Source of the DNA: Acanthaster planci | Taxonomy: Eukaryota | Direction: 5' to 3' | Length of the DNA stretch: 64,000 nucleotides | NCBI RefSeq assembly: GCF_001949145.1 | Contig: NW_019091359.1 | Span: 2,766,861-2,830,860 of the forward strand | Shown here: positions 1 through 12,200 of the stretch, piece by piece | Layout of the letters: each line of letters begins with the position of its first letter | Numbering within the stretch: the first letter of the stretch is position 1 | Translations under genes and position numbers: made by a program | The notes under the pieces: generated by a model | Seen by the model: only the letters and a program-made list of their open reading frames with translations | What the model was told of the DNA's origin: nothing | Database searches by the model: none

Positions 1-202
1 ATCTCCCGCTGCGTAGACTCACTAGAGATCACCGATGACATCCCTAGCTATGGTCTCTTCCCTAGAGGGCGCTATTGTGGCACACTGAAGGACGTGGAGA
101 TCGTAACTCGTTCAAGCGACGTCCGGGTCATGTACACCATCGGCCAGCTTAGTGCCAACATGCCACGGGAACTTGGCTTTGTGGCCAGCTACAAATTCAT
201 CA
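1..202 (+). CDS. Exon (partial): C-terminal half of a CUB domain
   Basis: Frame 1: [13 protein letters not shown]...[23 protein letters not shown]...GFVASYKF, with CUB motifs C-x-D-x-L, YCG and GF-x-A-x-Y. Donor gtagga at 203. Confidence 0.85.
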
Positions 203-3200
203 GTAGGAACTTTCACTTTGCATTTATTGAAACTTCTTTTCACTTTCTTTGTTGTAGTGGAGTCTGTCACAAGCTCAACCACAAGTAACGTGATGACCAA
301 TAGCAAAGGAATACTTCTGTCACAGTTCATTTGAGTAGCTTGTGGCGCATGATGGACCCATGTGGAGGTTTACAGTTTTCTGTTATAACATTGAAATTGT
401 CAAAACTTCATTCTGGAAAAGAATGAAGTGCGCTCTGTTTTAAGCCTGTTTTCTCCACAATTATTAAAATTGCACCTTTTGGAACTTGACTTCCATAAAA
501 ACGTTTTTGTTTACTGACATAACTTTTTTGGGAAGCCTTTCCCACCTGCTCAAGGAGCATAAAAAGTTGCTGATGCAGCAAAAACTTCTGTCAATTGTTA
601 TTTGTTGTTGATGTAAGATCCCAGATTAAATTCCACTGCACAAAAATGAGGTTCCGAACTTTGCTATTGTGAGATAGAATTTAGTCATGTTGATAAACGG
701 AGGTAAACATTCTCATCAACAAAAGTCTCTTTCTCACATCTACATATGCTTTAATAATTTTTTCTAAGAAATCCTAATGCAGAACTGGTGATCGGGATTT
801 CATTATACCTACTTTCAGTTTCCTTTACACTTTTTACTCCTTGAGTTTTTTGTTTGACTGATAACTGAGGCATGGACTTACTACTACTATCTGTCTTTGC
901 TTTCAGATTGCAGTGAAGAGGACTGCGACACGGACTGTGGCAGTAATGCTACACTCCTGACTGACCCCAGCGGTAGCCTGGTCACCAGGAATTTTCCAGC
1001 CCGCTTACCACCTTTCAGCACTTGCGCCTGGCGGATCAGGCTAGCTAAGGGCAGCTTCATCCGGCTACATTTCCAAGATTTCCGAGTGGTGCAGGACTCT
1101 GAAACCGGCGACTGTGTTGATTGGGTCGTGGTCACCAGAACCGATGAGATTGCTAGTAACATCAGCCTGTTGGACCCATCAACGAAGAAACTCTGTGGAA
1201 GACCCCCGCCACAGATACTCTCCGAGACGGAGGAGCTATTTGTGCTCTATCAGACTGGCCTCGATGTATTGTCGGCAGGATTCAGAGCAACGTATACATC
1301 TACAGGTGAATTTGACATCAGGCACCAGACTTTGTGACTTTGGTTTGACAGTCCAACTTGTCTTTATCGTGCCAGTCTTACTGATACATATTGTGCTTGA
1401 ATTTGGAACACAAGATGACTCAGTTTGCTGTGTGAATGACAAGTTGTTGATTTAGGCTTTTATCAAAATACATCTAGTGAAAACATTAACCAAATTATAG
1501 GAAGGGTTTAACGGGGATTATTTTTGTCTTGTAGTTTACATAGCCTACATTTGAACAGTAGTGTAGCTTCAAAAACTTTTGACAAAACAGGAAATTTAAA
1601 TTTAGATGAAAAACAAAAATACACCTGATAAAGTGCGAATGGCAGAATGAGCTATGCAGTTCAGTATTCCAAACAGTGCATGCCCAAAATGAAGCATGTC
1701 ATAGGACATTTGGAGGCGTTTGTGAGGTCTGGCCTATCTGTGCAGCCCTACGCCGACTTGCACGGGTGCTTTTTTCCCTTGACCTTGCTTTGTTGAAGCA
1801 CCAAACTGATTCATTATCTTTGTTAACGTCAGAGATAGCTTGCCACTTCATCTCTTTGTCTGAGTTGTCCTTAATTATAGTCTCATTTGTTTGCAGCTTT
1901 GCCTGGGTGCGGTGTGGGCCTTGACACAGCCTCCAGAGACCTTGAATGCCACGCCCCCGAGGCCGTCCTGACCTCGCCCTATCATCCCTTGCGTTATCCT
2001 GCCCACTCTCAGTACAGCTGGCACATCTCCACGCCCATGGCCACCTACATCCGTCTGATTTTCAGTGCCTTTGATGTCCCATCGGCCCAACCCTGTACTC
2101 AGGATCATGTGGCTATCTATGACGAGAGTTCCCAACAGCATGGGTTGTTGGGGGATTATTGTAACTCCCGACGACCTCCAGATGAGGTGGTGTCCAGTAT
2201 GAATGACATGCTGATCTACTTTTACACTCAAGAACCGTCTGGTGGGACAGGCTTCGACGCTACATATTACGCTTCATACTTCAAACCTAAAGTGTCTTTG
2301 GAAAGTCCTTACGATGATGGTGAGTCATGAGCCTTGTTAAGTTTCTTTAAACGCAAGACCCAGTGTTTTTTAATCAATTCTGGCAAGTAAACTAGACAGG
2401 CAAACTAACTAGAAACTATTAGAAGATGAACAAAGAAATTGATTGGAGAAAGACTTGAATCTGCATCCTCAGGAACGAAGGAAAGTAAAGTTGCTGTTTT
2501 AACCCCAAAAATTGATCTTTTATCGCACGACTTCTTTAATCATACCTTTACTGATAGAGATGTTTTAGTTAAAGACCTTTTATCAACTTATTAAGGATTT
2601 AAGACTAATTCTTTTTTGTGTCAATGGAAGTTTTGCCCTTCATCGGCGTCCATTTAAAACATCACGTTGTTGGGGTGTTGTTCAAAGGTTTGTAAAAACT
2701 TCAGAACATTGTTCAAAGGTTTTTTAAAAATTCAGAACGTTGTTCTGGTAAAAAGTGTTGTTCAAAGGTTTGTAAAATCAGAACGTTCTGGTAAAAAGTA
2801 AATTTGATACTGAAACAGTCTTAAAGTCATTTTGTCATTCCTTCAAGGAAAAGGTTTATTTAGAACTTTGCAGAAATGTCAAAAAATTACATAATTCATG
2901 GCGTTTTTATACACTGTTCTGCATGAGGCCAGATGTTTCAAGAATGGTTTGTCCTGTCTTAGATTACATTTGCGAGGATGATTGGACTGAATACTACGGC
3001 AGCTGTTACCACTTCCATCAGGAGAATGCCACACTGAAATGGAAGGATGCTGAGAGGCAGTGTGTCCTAGAGGATGCCCTACTGACCAGCATCAGGGACT
3101 ACGGAGAGATGAACTTCCTTCACCTTATGCTGACGTCTGACTGGTTTACGGAGCAGACTGCCACTTACATAGGTAGAGTGAGGCAGAGCTGGGGTTTTGG

Positions 3201-6200
3201 TGCAAGGCTGGTTGCCGTTTCAGGACAACGGCACGAGAATATTGAGTGATGTGTCAACTGAAGAACTCCGTTCACCATTCCTGCAGGCCAACTTCAAACA
3301 AAACTGCCACCCAAATGGCCTTCAAATAAGTTTTTGTAGGATCTCACATTCAAGCAAGTTTTTCTTAGAGCAGTTAATTTCTTCTTTTTCTTGATTTCCC
3401 TGTACACAAACACAAATTGGGCAAGCAACAAGTCTTGCACAGCCCAGAATTACCTTCTTTTCTTGAGTTCCAATTCAGTTCCAGGTTGAGATTGGTACCA
3501 AGATTGAGCTTGGTTGACTAAAACCAGACACTGTGAGGCAACCACCAAATACCAGACCTGAGTAAAAGAGAAAGAATCATTATATTCTTTATTATTGGTG
3601 AACACTTCCAAAGCCTAAGTAAAAAAAACTCAAATGCATTAAAGCAATAGCTCTGTTTTCCCCAAAACTTGGGCATGTTCATAAATTTTAAATTTTTGAT
3701 CCTTTTCGTAATTACGCCCATGGATTTTGGCAGTATTCATTATCCTCAGTTCTCCAAAACTTACAGATTGAGGAACATGCTTATCTTGGACATTGTCAAG
3801 CCATATTACAGGAGCATTATCAAACTGTCTTTGATGTGACTTTGGTAACTTTTGCTCTCTTGTAGGTCTAACTGACATGGAGGATGAGGGGCATTTCCGA
3901 TGGTTGGATGGCCGGCCTCTCAGTTACTCTGATTGGTCAGTTCAAAGGTGGGAGGAAAGACTTTATGAAGATGGAACATTTTACACTTTATTTTTCTTCA
4001 TTAACTCAAGTTTATACTGATTGCTGCTACTTCCTACTACAGTGTGTAAGTCTGGTTTCTTATCCCTATCTACCAAGCTTGCAGAGTTGAATCCTCACAG
4101 AAATGTATCCTGAGCTCAGATTTATCTATTGCAAAATCAAATCTTCGTCCCATTGAAACCATTTCGTTGTCTAGAATTTGTTCTTGAATTGTCTGTCCCA
4201 TTTCAATCTGCTATTCTAAACCACTGCTGATTTCACTACCTGATCTTCTGCACATTATATGCCAGTAAAAGGATGTAACCAGTTGAAGATTCCCTTATCC
4301 TTGGAGCAAAAAAGTTGCTAGGTATGTGTTAGTAAGACAAATGACAAAAATGATCCATATAATTCATAGTCCTCAACTAACTCTTGATTTTGCCAGTTGT
4401 AACTCACTAACTGTTGTGAGTGTTTCTTGTTGACTTCAGTGATGGGAGAACCCAGCCTGATGGAGGCGTTCTGGAGGATTGCTCTGTCATCTTGATGTCC
4501 AACATGCACTCCACACAGAACTGGAATGATATCCCGTGCTCCTTGCCTAAAGCAAGGCAGTTTATCTGCAAGAAACCAGCCCGCAAAGAAAGTTAGTCAT
4601 CCTCATGGACATGTCCCAGAATAGTCATTGGAAGTCTATAATGTACCTTGTTTTTCCCTGCACCCTAGAAGCCTCTTAATTAATTTTGCGTAATGTATTG
4701 GAAGCCCCTTGGGTTGCCATACATTGTTGATGTCTGAACTGAAATACATTTTGCAAGCTTTCCTTTCCCGCAGTGTTATGAAAAATATTTAAAGAATTTA
4801 TTATGTACGTTCACTCTTGTAATCCAAACTTAATTTCATTTTTGCTCATAAAATCAATTTTTGCTTTACGTTCCTTTATTGTGGATTTTCCCTGAACGGT
4901 CAACAGGGTCGTAGATAAAGTCCATTGGTTATCTTCCGAGAGATATTTTGAAAATTACTTTTGAAATTTTGTGAATAGAAATGCTGTTAGTTACATTCAC
5001 ACAGTTGTCTCTGACAGTCCATAAACAAAAGAATACTTGTCTCCTGGTCAGGAATTTGTGTGAGTTTTACCATTTACGTGAGCGTTGAAACACCAAGCCA
5101 AGCTGTTATTGTTGTTTTCAAAATCAGATGGATCAGAGCCTGTTGTACCACAGACTGTTGGAAAGCTGCAAACAAAAGGTAGGAGTGAGAGTGGTTGTAA
5201 TTACCAAAATTAGAGATCTTAGATGTTGCTGTTCTGCATCATTAACTTTGAAATCATATTCCATATTCGCTGGTGTGTCCAGCTCTTAATTTGTGACCAG
5301 ATCCCATAAAATGAGAGTGCAGCGGCATATCTAGCTAGAAGGGGGAGGGGCTTACTCATCAGGGGACGAGTTGCCTCCCTCTTTTTTTATGGAATTGAAA
5401 ACCCTTAGACCTAAGTACCATACTGGCACCTTCCTTGAGAGGGAGGAGTTCTACTTACTGGAGCAACTTTTTCACGATCCGCCGTTGGTTTTTGTTGGTA
5501 GTGATGCGACTGCGATGCTTGCCTTGACTAGTTGTTCATGAACCAGCAATGTGCAGTTAGTACCAAAGGAGCCTCTGTTGCTAAGGAAATAGCGCCCTCT
5601 CTTGGTCCAGCTGAAGGCCCACAGCTGGATATGCTACAGGAGTGTTAGTCTTACAAAGGCTACTATTTTCTGTTTGTTTCAGTTGTTTTGACGCACACCA
5701 GACCACTCGGTTCTGTATTCATATTAAAATGAATGTAATGTTGGGTGAAAAGTGTTGAGGCTTCCTGTTTATTTGTATCAGCAAGATTCTTCTTCAATAG
5801 CTCTGGCCATTTTTATCTCACTTTGTGGGTCTGGATCACATTTACTTTTTTGTGTGTATTTCATAGAATGCAATTCTGGATGGTCTCTCGCTGCGGACAT
5901 GTGTGCCCGCCTTGCCCTGACCCAAGATGGCTTCCTCATCTCCGGCGACAGCCCCACCGACTGCGTGACTGATGTCCGGCTCACGCCGGATCGCCTCGCC
6001 ACTGTCTTCTATCTCATCAAGCACGTCTGGGCCAACTCCTCGCTCCAGCAGGAAGGGTTCCGCATCGCCTTAGGGAGGACGGGAGGCGACCAGATGTGGG
6101 AGGGTCGCAGCATTGAGGAAGAGGATTGTGAGGGGGTAACTTACACTGACGGTCAGTGGGTGCTAGAATCTAATATCAACTGTGATGGCCCAGTATCAGC

Positions 6201-9200
6201 TGTGGTGTGCTACCAAGAGGCTAGAGGTATTCAAACTTTAGAAAAAAATGTTCGGACTTCAAATGACTTTTCACATTGTAAAGACCCTTTTCTAAATTGC
6301 CATCTGGAATGTGGTTCTTGCTGCAGGAATTGAGCATACATGAAAATATGTTCACGCTCCTTGACATTTTGGAATATTACATTAACCAAATTGGGAAAAA
6401 CACCAAGAAATGCTGCTATTTTCATGTAACAAATTGAAATTTACTGCATTATAAGAATGCTACTTTTGAAATGAAGCACCTGCATAGCCCCCTCTCAAAC
6501 TGGGTTTGAATTTCCAGCATCGTACAAACTTTTTTGCTGACATGGACACCTTGGCTTCATTTATCTGAAGATGTGCGTTCTTGTATTTCTAGACTAAATC
6601 CCAAAAGGATACAATTACTGTAGGCTTTTCCCACATGTGCATGTCACCTGTGTTTTAAAACTCGAGGCACGCTGCACTTTGGCAAGTCAAAGAAGCATGC
6701 GCATGCATGAATAACTATGGTGAGCATGCTACCACCGGCAGTAATGGTTTCTGGGTCTCGTCAAAAGATTAGTTTATAAAACATAACTGTTGGTCACGCC
6801 AGAATCCACAAAGGAGAAGTTAGACTTGTTTCCTAATTTGACGAATTCTCACAGATCTGAGCCAGCAATGTGGTGATTCCATGTTCTTCTGTGACAGCGG
6901 TGAGTGTATACAGCAAGTGTATGTGTGCGACGGCGTGGTCGACTGCGCAGACAATAGTGATGAAACTGTTTGTGTACCAGGTAAGACATGCTGGACATTT
7001 AGAATAAAGCCTTACTGCACTGGACTGTTCCTTGTCAAACACGCCAAGACAATGGGTTTTTTTCCCATTTCAAGTCCAGTGGAGACATCCCAGGAAGTGT
7101 TCCTCTCGGTTACTTTTACTGAGCTGCGCGGACATTTCCACCGGCCAACTTCTGCCCAGGAAAAAATTCCCGAGATGGAAAGTCCGGTGCAGACAGAGGA
7201 AGTTGGTAAAATCATGGAAAAATAGCCCAGTAGAGCAAACAACCTGCCCGAGCACAATGGCATTCTTCATACAAGGAAATTAGCATGAGCGCTGCGCTTT
7301 TCGTCGCGGTGTGGCATGTGGTGAATATTTCAAGCAAATTTGATCCTCGTTTTGTCTCAGTCATTGCCACATTTGACCGTTTTTCATTTGATCATCAGTT
7401 CGGTGAAACTCTCACCAAAAAAAATCCAGTGTGAACACGACTTAAAACATGCTGGATTCATTTCCAGTACTTACAAGAAGTTTTCAGATTCCCCAGATCT
7501 GGGGCAGGGTTTCATCAAAATATTATCAAAGCATTTTAGCAGTTAGTGTTAACTTCTTGTGAAATGGCTTCCTCAGTCCATTGCTCAGTATCACAATATT
7601 TTAAAAATTTATTCCAGCCACAAAATGGAGTGTGATGTATCGACAAATGTATTAATTCATGTGCATTGTAAAAAATAGCAACCTTTCTGAAACCTCCTAA
7701 GAGGTAAGGAGTGAAAAACTAAGGACCCTTTTATCTATTGGTTTTTAATTTAATAATGACAAAAATAAGTAGCTTTTCGTAGTAATCTCCAAGCTCTGCT
7801 GCTTTGTAAAATCTGTACCAAAACTAACCTTAATGTAATTTTCTTTGTACAGTGGGAACCATTGGACCGAGTGAGTGTCGTGTTTTGTTACATTTTGCAG
7901 CACTTTATGATTAGGTTTTTGCACAAAAACTGCCAATTCAAAATATCCAGAAGGCACTTCACTTTCAAAAAATACCAGATCCTGTCCATATTTGCACACT
8001 TTATCCCACTTCCCCTGAGCCACCTTTTTTTCATCTTTTTAGGTTCTATGATTTTGAAATTTGTCTCGTTATTGGATGTCCACAAGTTCATTGGCAATAA
8101 ATAGAGGTCTGGTTTATAGCTCCGTGATAGGATTTTCCCACAAACACTCGGCATGCTCTCAACTTCAGTTTCAATGTCATCTGGATGAAGTTAAGAGTTT
8201 GATTGCCGACATTGGTGTGTCAGAAAGATCCTCTCAATAGTTGACTTTGCTTACTTCTTAAGATTCTCGTGCAACATGTTGGAATATCACCCAACAGCAA
8301 AGCGTGTGTAAAAAATGATGTAGCAATTTTTGTTTCAGTGCCAGATTTTAATTCTGCATGGCATCTAATAGTGATGATTTACTTTCCTTTTTATTTTTGA
8401 ATGATGAAGCTGTACCATCCAAAAGATTCTGGAAATGCATCCAGTTGTGTATAGTACTGTCAATTGTTTTGAAACCATAAGTTGTTCTGTGTATCACCGA
8501 CCAGTTCCTAGCCATTCACTCTAGATACTTGCACTGTCTTGGACATTGACACACTCTTTGGCTGCGTTTGCATGTGTTACTTGTGGCACTCAAGGGTTAG
8601 GAGAACTGCTTGGGGATCACAATGCATGAGTGGCCCGTTGTTATTTTTCTGCCGGCTTGAAAAAATAACAACCAGTGAAAGAGTCCTGGTCCGATTTTGA
8701 GTAAGTCTTGCTTACCCACAGATTGTACTCAAGTGAGTTTGTGTAATTAGGAATGTACTCATGTTAACCCGAGTAACACACTCAAATGCAGCCTTCGTCT
8801 CCTGATGTACGCTGTGTTTTGCACCAATGCACGGCCCATCCTTTCCCTTATAGCCTAAACCTTTTGCGGGTTAGATTTGAATAATATCTGGTTCACTGAA
8901 TTACCTGATTGCGCATAAACATAACAATTTGAATTCCTCAGACTAAATATACTATTGTTGCTATACCTCGTGATTTGGGGCAAGCTTTTGCTTAGCGACC
9001 ACCATCTCTGGAATGACTTGGTTCCTTTGTGCCCTTCTCATCCATTGAAAAGTGTGTTGTTGCGTAACTAAGTAAAAGCTTGCCCTGAATCATGAGGCTC
9101 ATTTGAATGAAAACAGAATCTTAATTTGATTTGTTGCTTCACAAAGAACAGTTGCTAGGAGAAATTCCTTATTCTTTTTATTACATATGTTTTAGTTCAG

Positions 9201-12200
9201 TTGGTAGTTGAGTAATGGATCTGCATTGATTTTCAGACACGACTGATGTGGCACGCTTTTCAGCCAACTGTAACAGCGAGCTGTTCCATTGTACCAGCGG
9301 GAGCTGCATATCTCTCTCCTTCCTCTGTGATTTCATTCGTCAGTGCCCTGATGGCTCGGACGAGGAGCACTGTGGTCAGTAACTCATTAACTAAAGCTCG
9401 GACGTCAACATTATCTCAGATATGTGGATTATCCCCGATTTAGACTGGAAAAATCAGAGAGAAGATTCAATGAGGTGGCAATATGTGACATTTTGTCACA
9501 GATGTGAGCAGCATGTATATATCAAGATCATCATCATCATCAGCCGTTATCTAGTCCACTGCCAGACGAAAGCCTGAGCAGGCCAATGCCGATTTGCTCT
9601 GTCTCTAGCTGCTGTTTGCCACTGAACAGTGCTCCAACATCAAGTTACTTTGAGTGTAAAACTCTTCTGCTTGTTTCCAAGTTCTAAATCCACTTTTAGC
9701 CCTTCTTGACCGTTTCATTTGATCGTTTGTTTCACAGATTATCCAGCTTGCCATCCATCTGAGTTCCAATGTGCTAACGGTCAGTGCATCAACAGCGAGA
9801 ATCAGTGTAATATACATCGGGATTGCCTGGATGGATCAGACGAGATCAACTGTGGTAAGAGGCAGTCATGAGTACCTTGAGTGAAAGTCATTCAGATAAT
9901 CGAGCTTGGATCAGTAAGCCACCATCAGATATTTTCATTTTTGAACCTTTTTGAGGATGACAAATAAATAAAAACTCTTTTGGGGGAGTCGTTACTAGGG
10001 ATTTGTTGTGAACTATTAAGGGAATAAATATATGCTTGACCAGGATTATTAGAAAGGTCACTGAACTACAGACGGGACATTATCAGACTTATCATTGTCA
10101 TTTTCTTTAATACACACTTCCCATTCATCAATACCATTTGTGTCAAAAAGTCAGAAATAGTTTGAAAATTATAAATCTCTGACAGTTTTGTTCAGCAATG
10201 TTACTTGATTTCCTTGAAACGCTCTACAGCCATGTTATGGTATGTTCCTCTCATGAGCAATGGTAAACCAAGTCCTTAAATGTGTGCAGATTGGAGCCTG
10301 TGTGCATTACTGATCTTCAGAAATTGTTTAATGAAATCATGTCACCACAACTTCAACAACTTTCACATTTGAGTTGGAAGATTACATCTGAATTCAAGTC
10401 CTGGCGGCTTTGTGGTAACTTTTTTGAATGGTATACAGATACCTGTCAGATGGCCTTCCAGTGCTACGACAGCTCCTGCATTCCTTATCGTGCTGTCTGT
10501 GATGCAACCCAAGATTGCCCAGGATTTATACGGGAGGATGAAGGAGGTTGTGGTAAGACCAAACAATCTGTCAAACCTTAAGAGTGCCTCGTGTACATTC
10601 CTTGCATTTATACACTCAGGAAATTTGTTTTTCTGCATCCACTTAAGATAAAATCATATACCTTAATTTTTTCAAGTCAAGCAATGGGTGCAATGCTGTA
10701 ATGCCATAACAAGAATTGATCACTCTAGCTCTGTCAACTTGAAACAGACTCGAAACCAAAGTATGGTTGAGCTGTCTGTATTAGCAAGCCTAAGGAGTCA
10801 AAGGTCAAGTTCACCTCAGTAGGTTCAGGAAAAAGAAGTGTCTAGTAATGAAGATTAAGGTGTTGCATGGCAGCTGCTTCACTGGTACCCCTCCCTCAAA
10901 CTTCATGTGGTTGGAAGGATACCAACATATAGGGCTTGAAATCTCATCAATAATACCTTGTACAATTGTCTGTCTCTCTGCCAGACTATTCAAGAGACCC
11001 CGACTTCCAGTGTGGTGCCAACCAGCTGCGTTGCAACAATGGTGCCTGTGCCGACATGAAGCATTGGTGCATTTACGACTTTGACGAGTTTGGTTACCAG
11101 ACGGGCTGCCGCGATGTCACACATCTTCGATTCTGTGGTACACCTCTCAAAAATCTCCATATATGATCAGAGATTTGATTTTGTTCAGGAGTGTTTCATG
11201 GGTTTGAAAACTTGATGTTAGTGTAGCTTAAATTCATGAGAACACATAAATTTGGATTTGTTGAACAGTGTCATGATCAAATTTATTTTTAATTTGTAGT
11301 ATCAATAGTTTAACCAGTAGCGTATCTCTTTGAATTTTTGGAGGCATTGTCTTGGCAGTGTACGTTGTAATCCTTCAATCAATACAAACAATGGCCACTT
11401 CTGAGATTCAAGGTCCTAACGTGAGGAATCCATCGTGGATTTTTTTTTTTCAGAACATGTGACATGCAGTGCCTTCACTTTCAAGTGCCCCAATTCTTAC
11501 TGTATTCCCCTTCGTCGACGCTGTGATGACGTGACAGACTGCCCTAACAGTGAAGATGAACTCTCATGTGGTGAGTTGACAGGATTTGATGAAAGACTCT
11601 CAGGGAAAGTGTCAGTCCAAATAGTAAAGGGAAGGAAAAGATCAGGAAATCAAAAGAATAATGTGGAATTCACCACCACAATGGATCATCAGAATATTTG
11701 AGTTACTGTTTATTGTGTCGGGAACTTAATTCAGAAGGTGCAAGGATGAATTGGATTTCACTGCCTTACTCCCGATGCAAATAAAGAGGGACAGATTCAG
11801 CCACTGAATTAGTTCTTAAACCCTGTCTAAAATGTATTTATAAGTGGGTTTTTCATGAAAGCCCTGAACCATTCCACATTCGTATGCTGATTTGGAAAGT
11901 TTGGACAACCAATAGGTTTTAGACAGCGTGTACACTTTCATCCAAGATCAACCTAAAAACATGACTTCCCTCTTGATTTCAGATGGTGCAGTCTGCCCTG
12001 TAGGAACCTACAAGTGTCGTAACACCCAGATGTGTGTGGCAGAGACCCAGGTATGCAACGGGATCAAGGAATGCCGATATGGAGACGATGAACTCTTCTG
12101 TGGTGAGTTCCTTAGCTGTTCACAGTAATTTGTTTTTTAAATTATGCCTTATTATCAAATTTGAAGCCCTGTAGAGTCACAGCCCTTCTCCACCTGGCAT

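Noticed and set aside
2677..2799. Repeated ~30-nt units superficially like a CRISPR array
   Set aside because: No unique spacers, no cas genes, and it lies in a eukaryotic intron.
7008..7445. Possible MITE in the intron after LDLa1
   Set aside because: Only a CACTGGA/TCCAGTG core matches between the ends, which is too weak to call.
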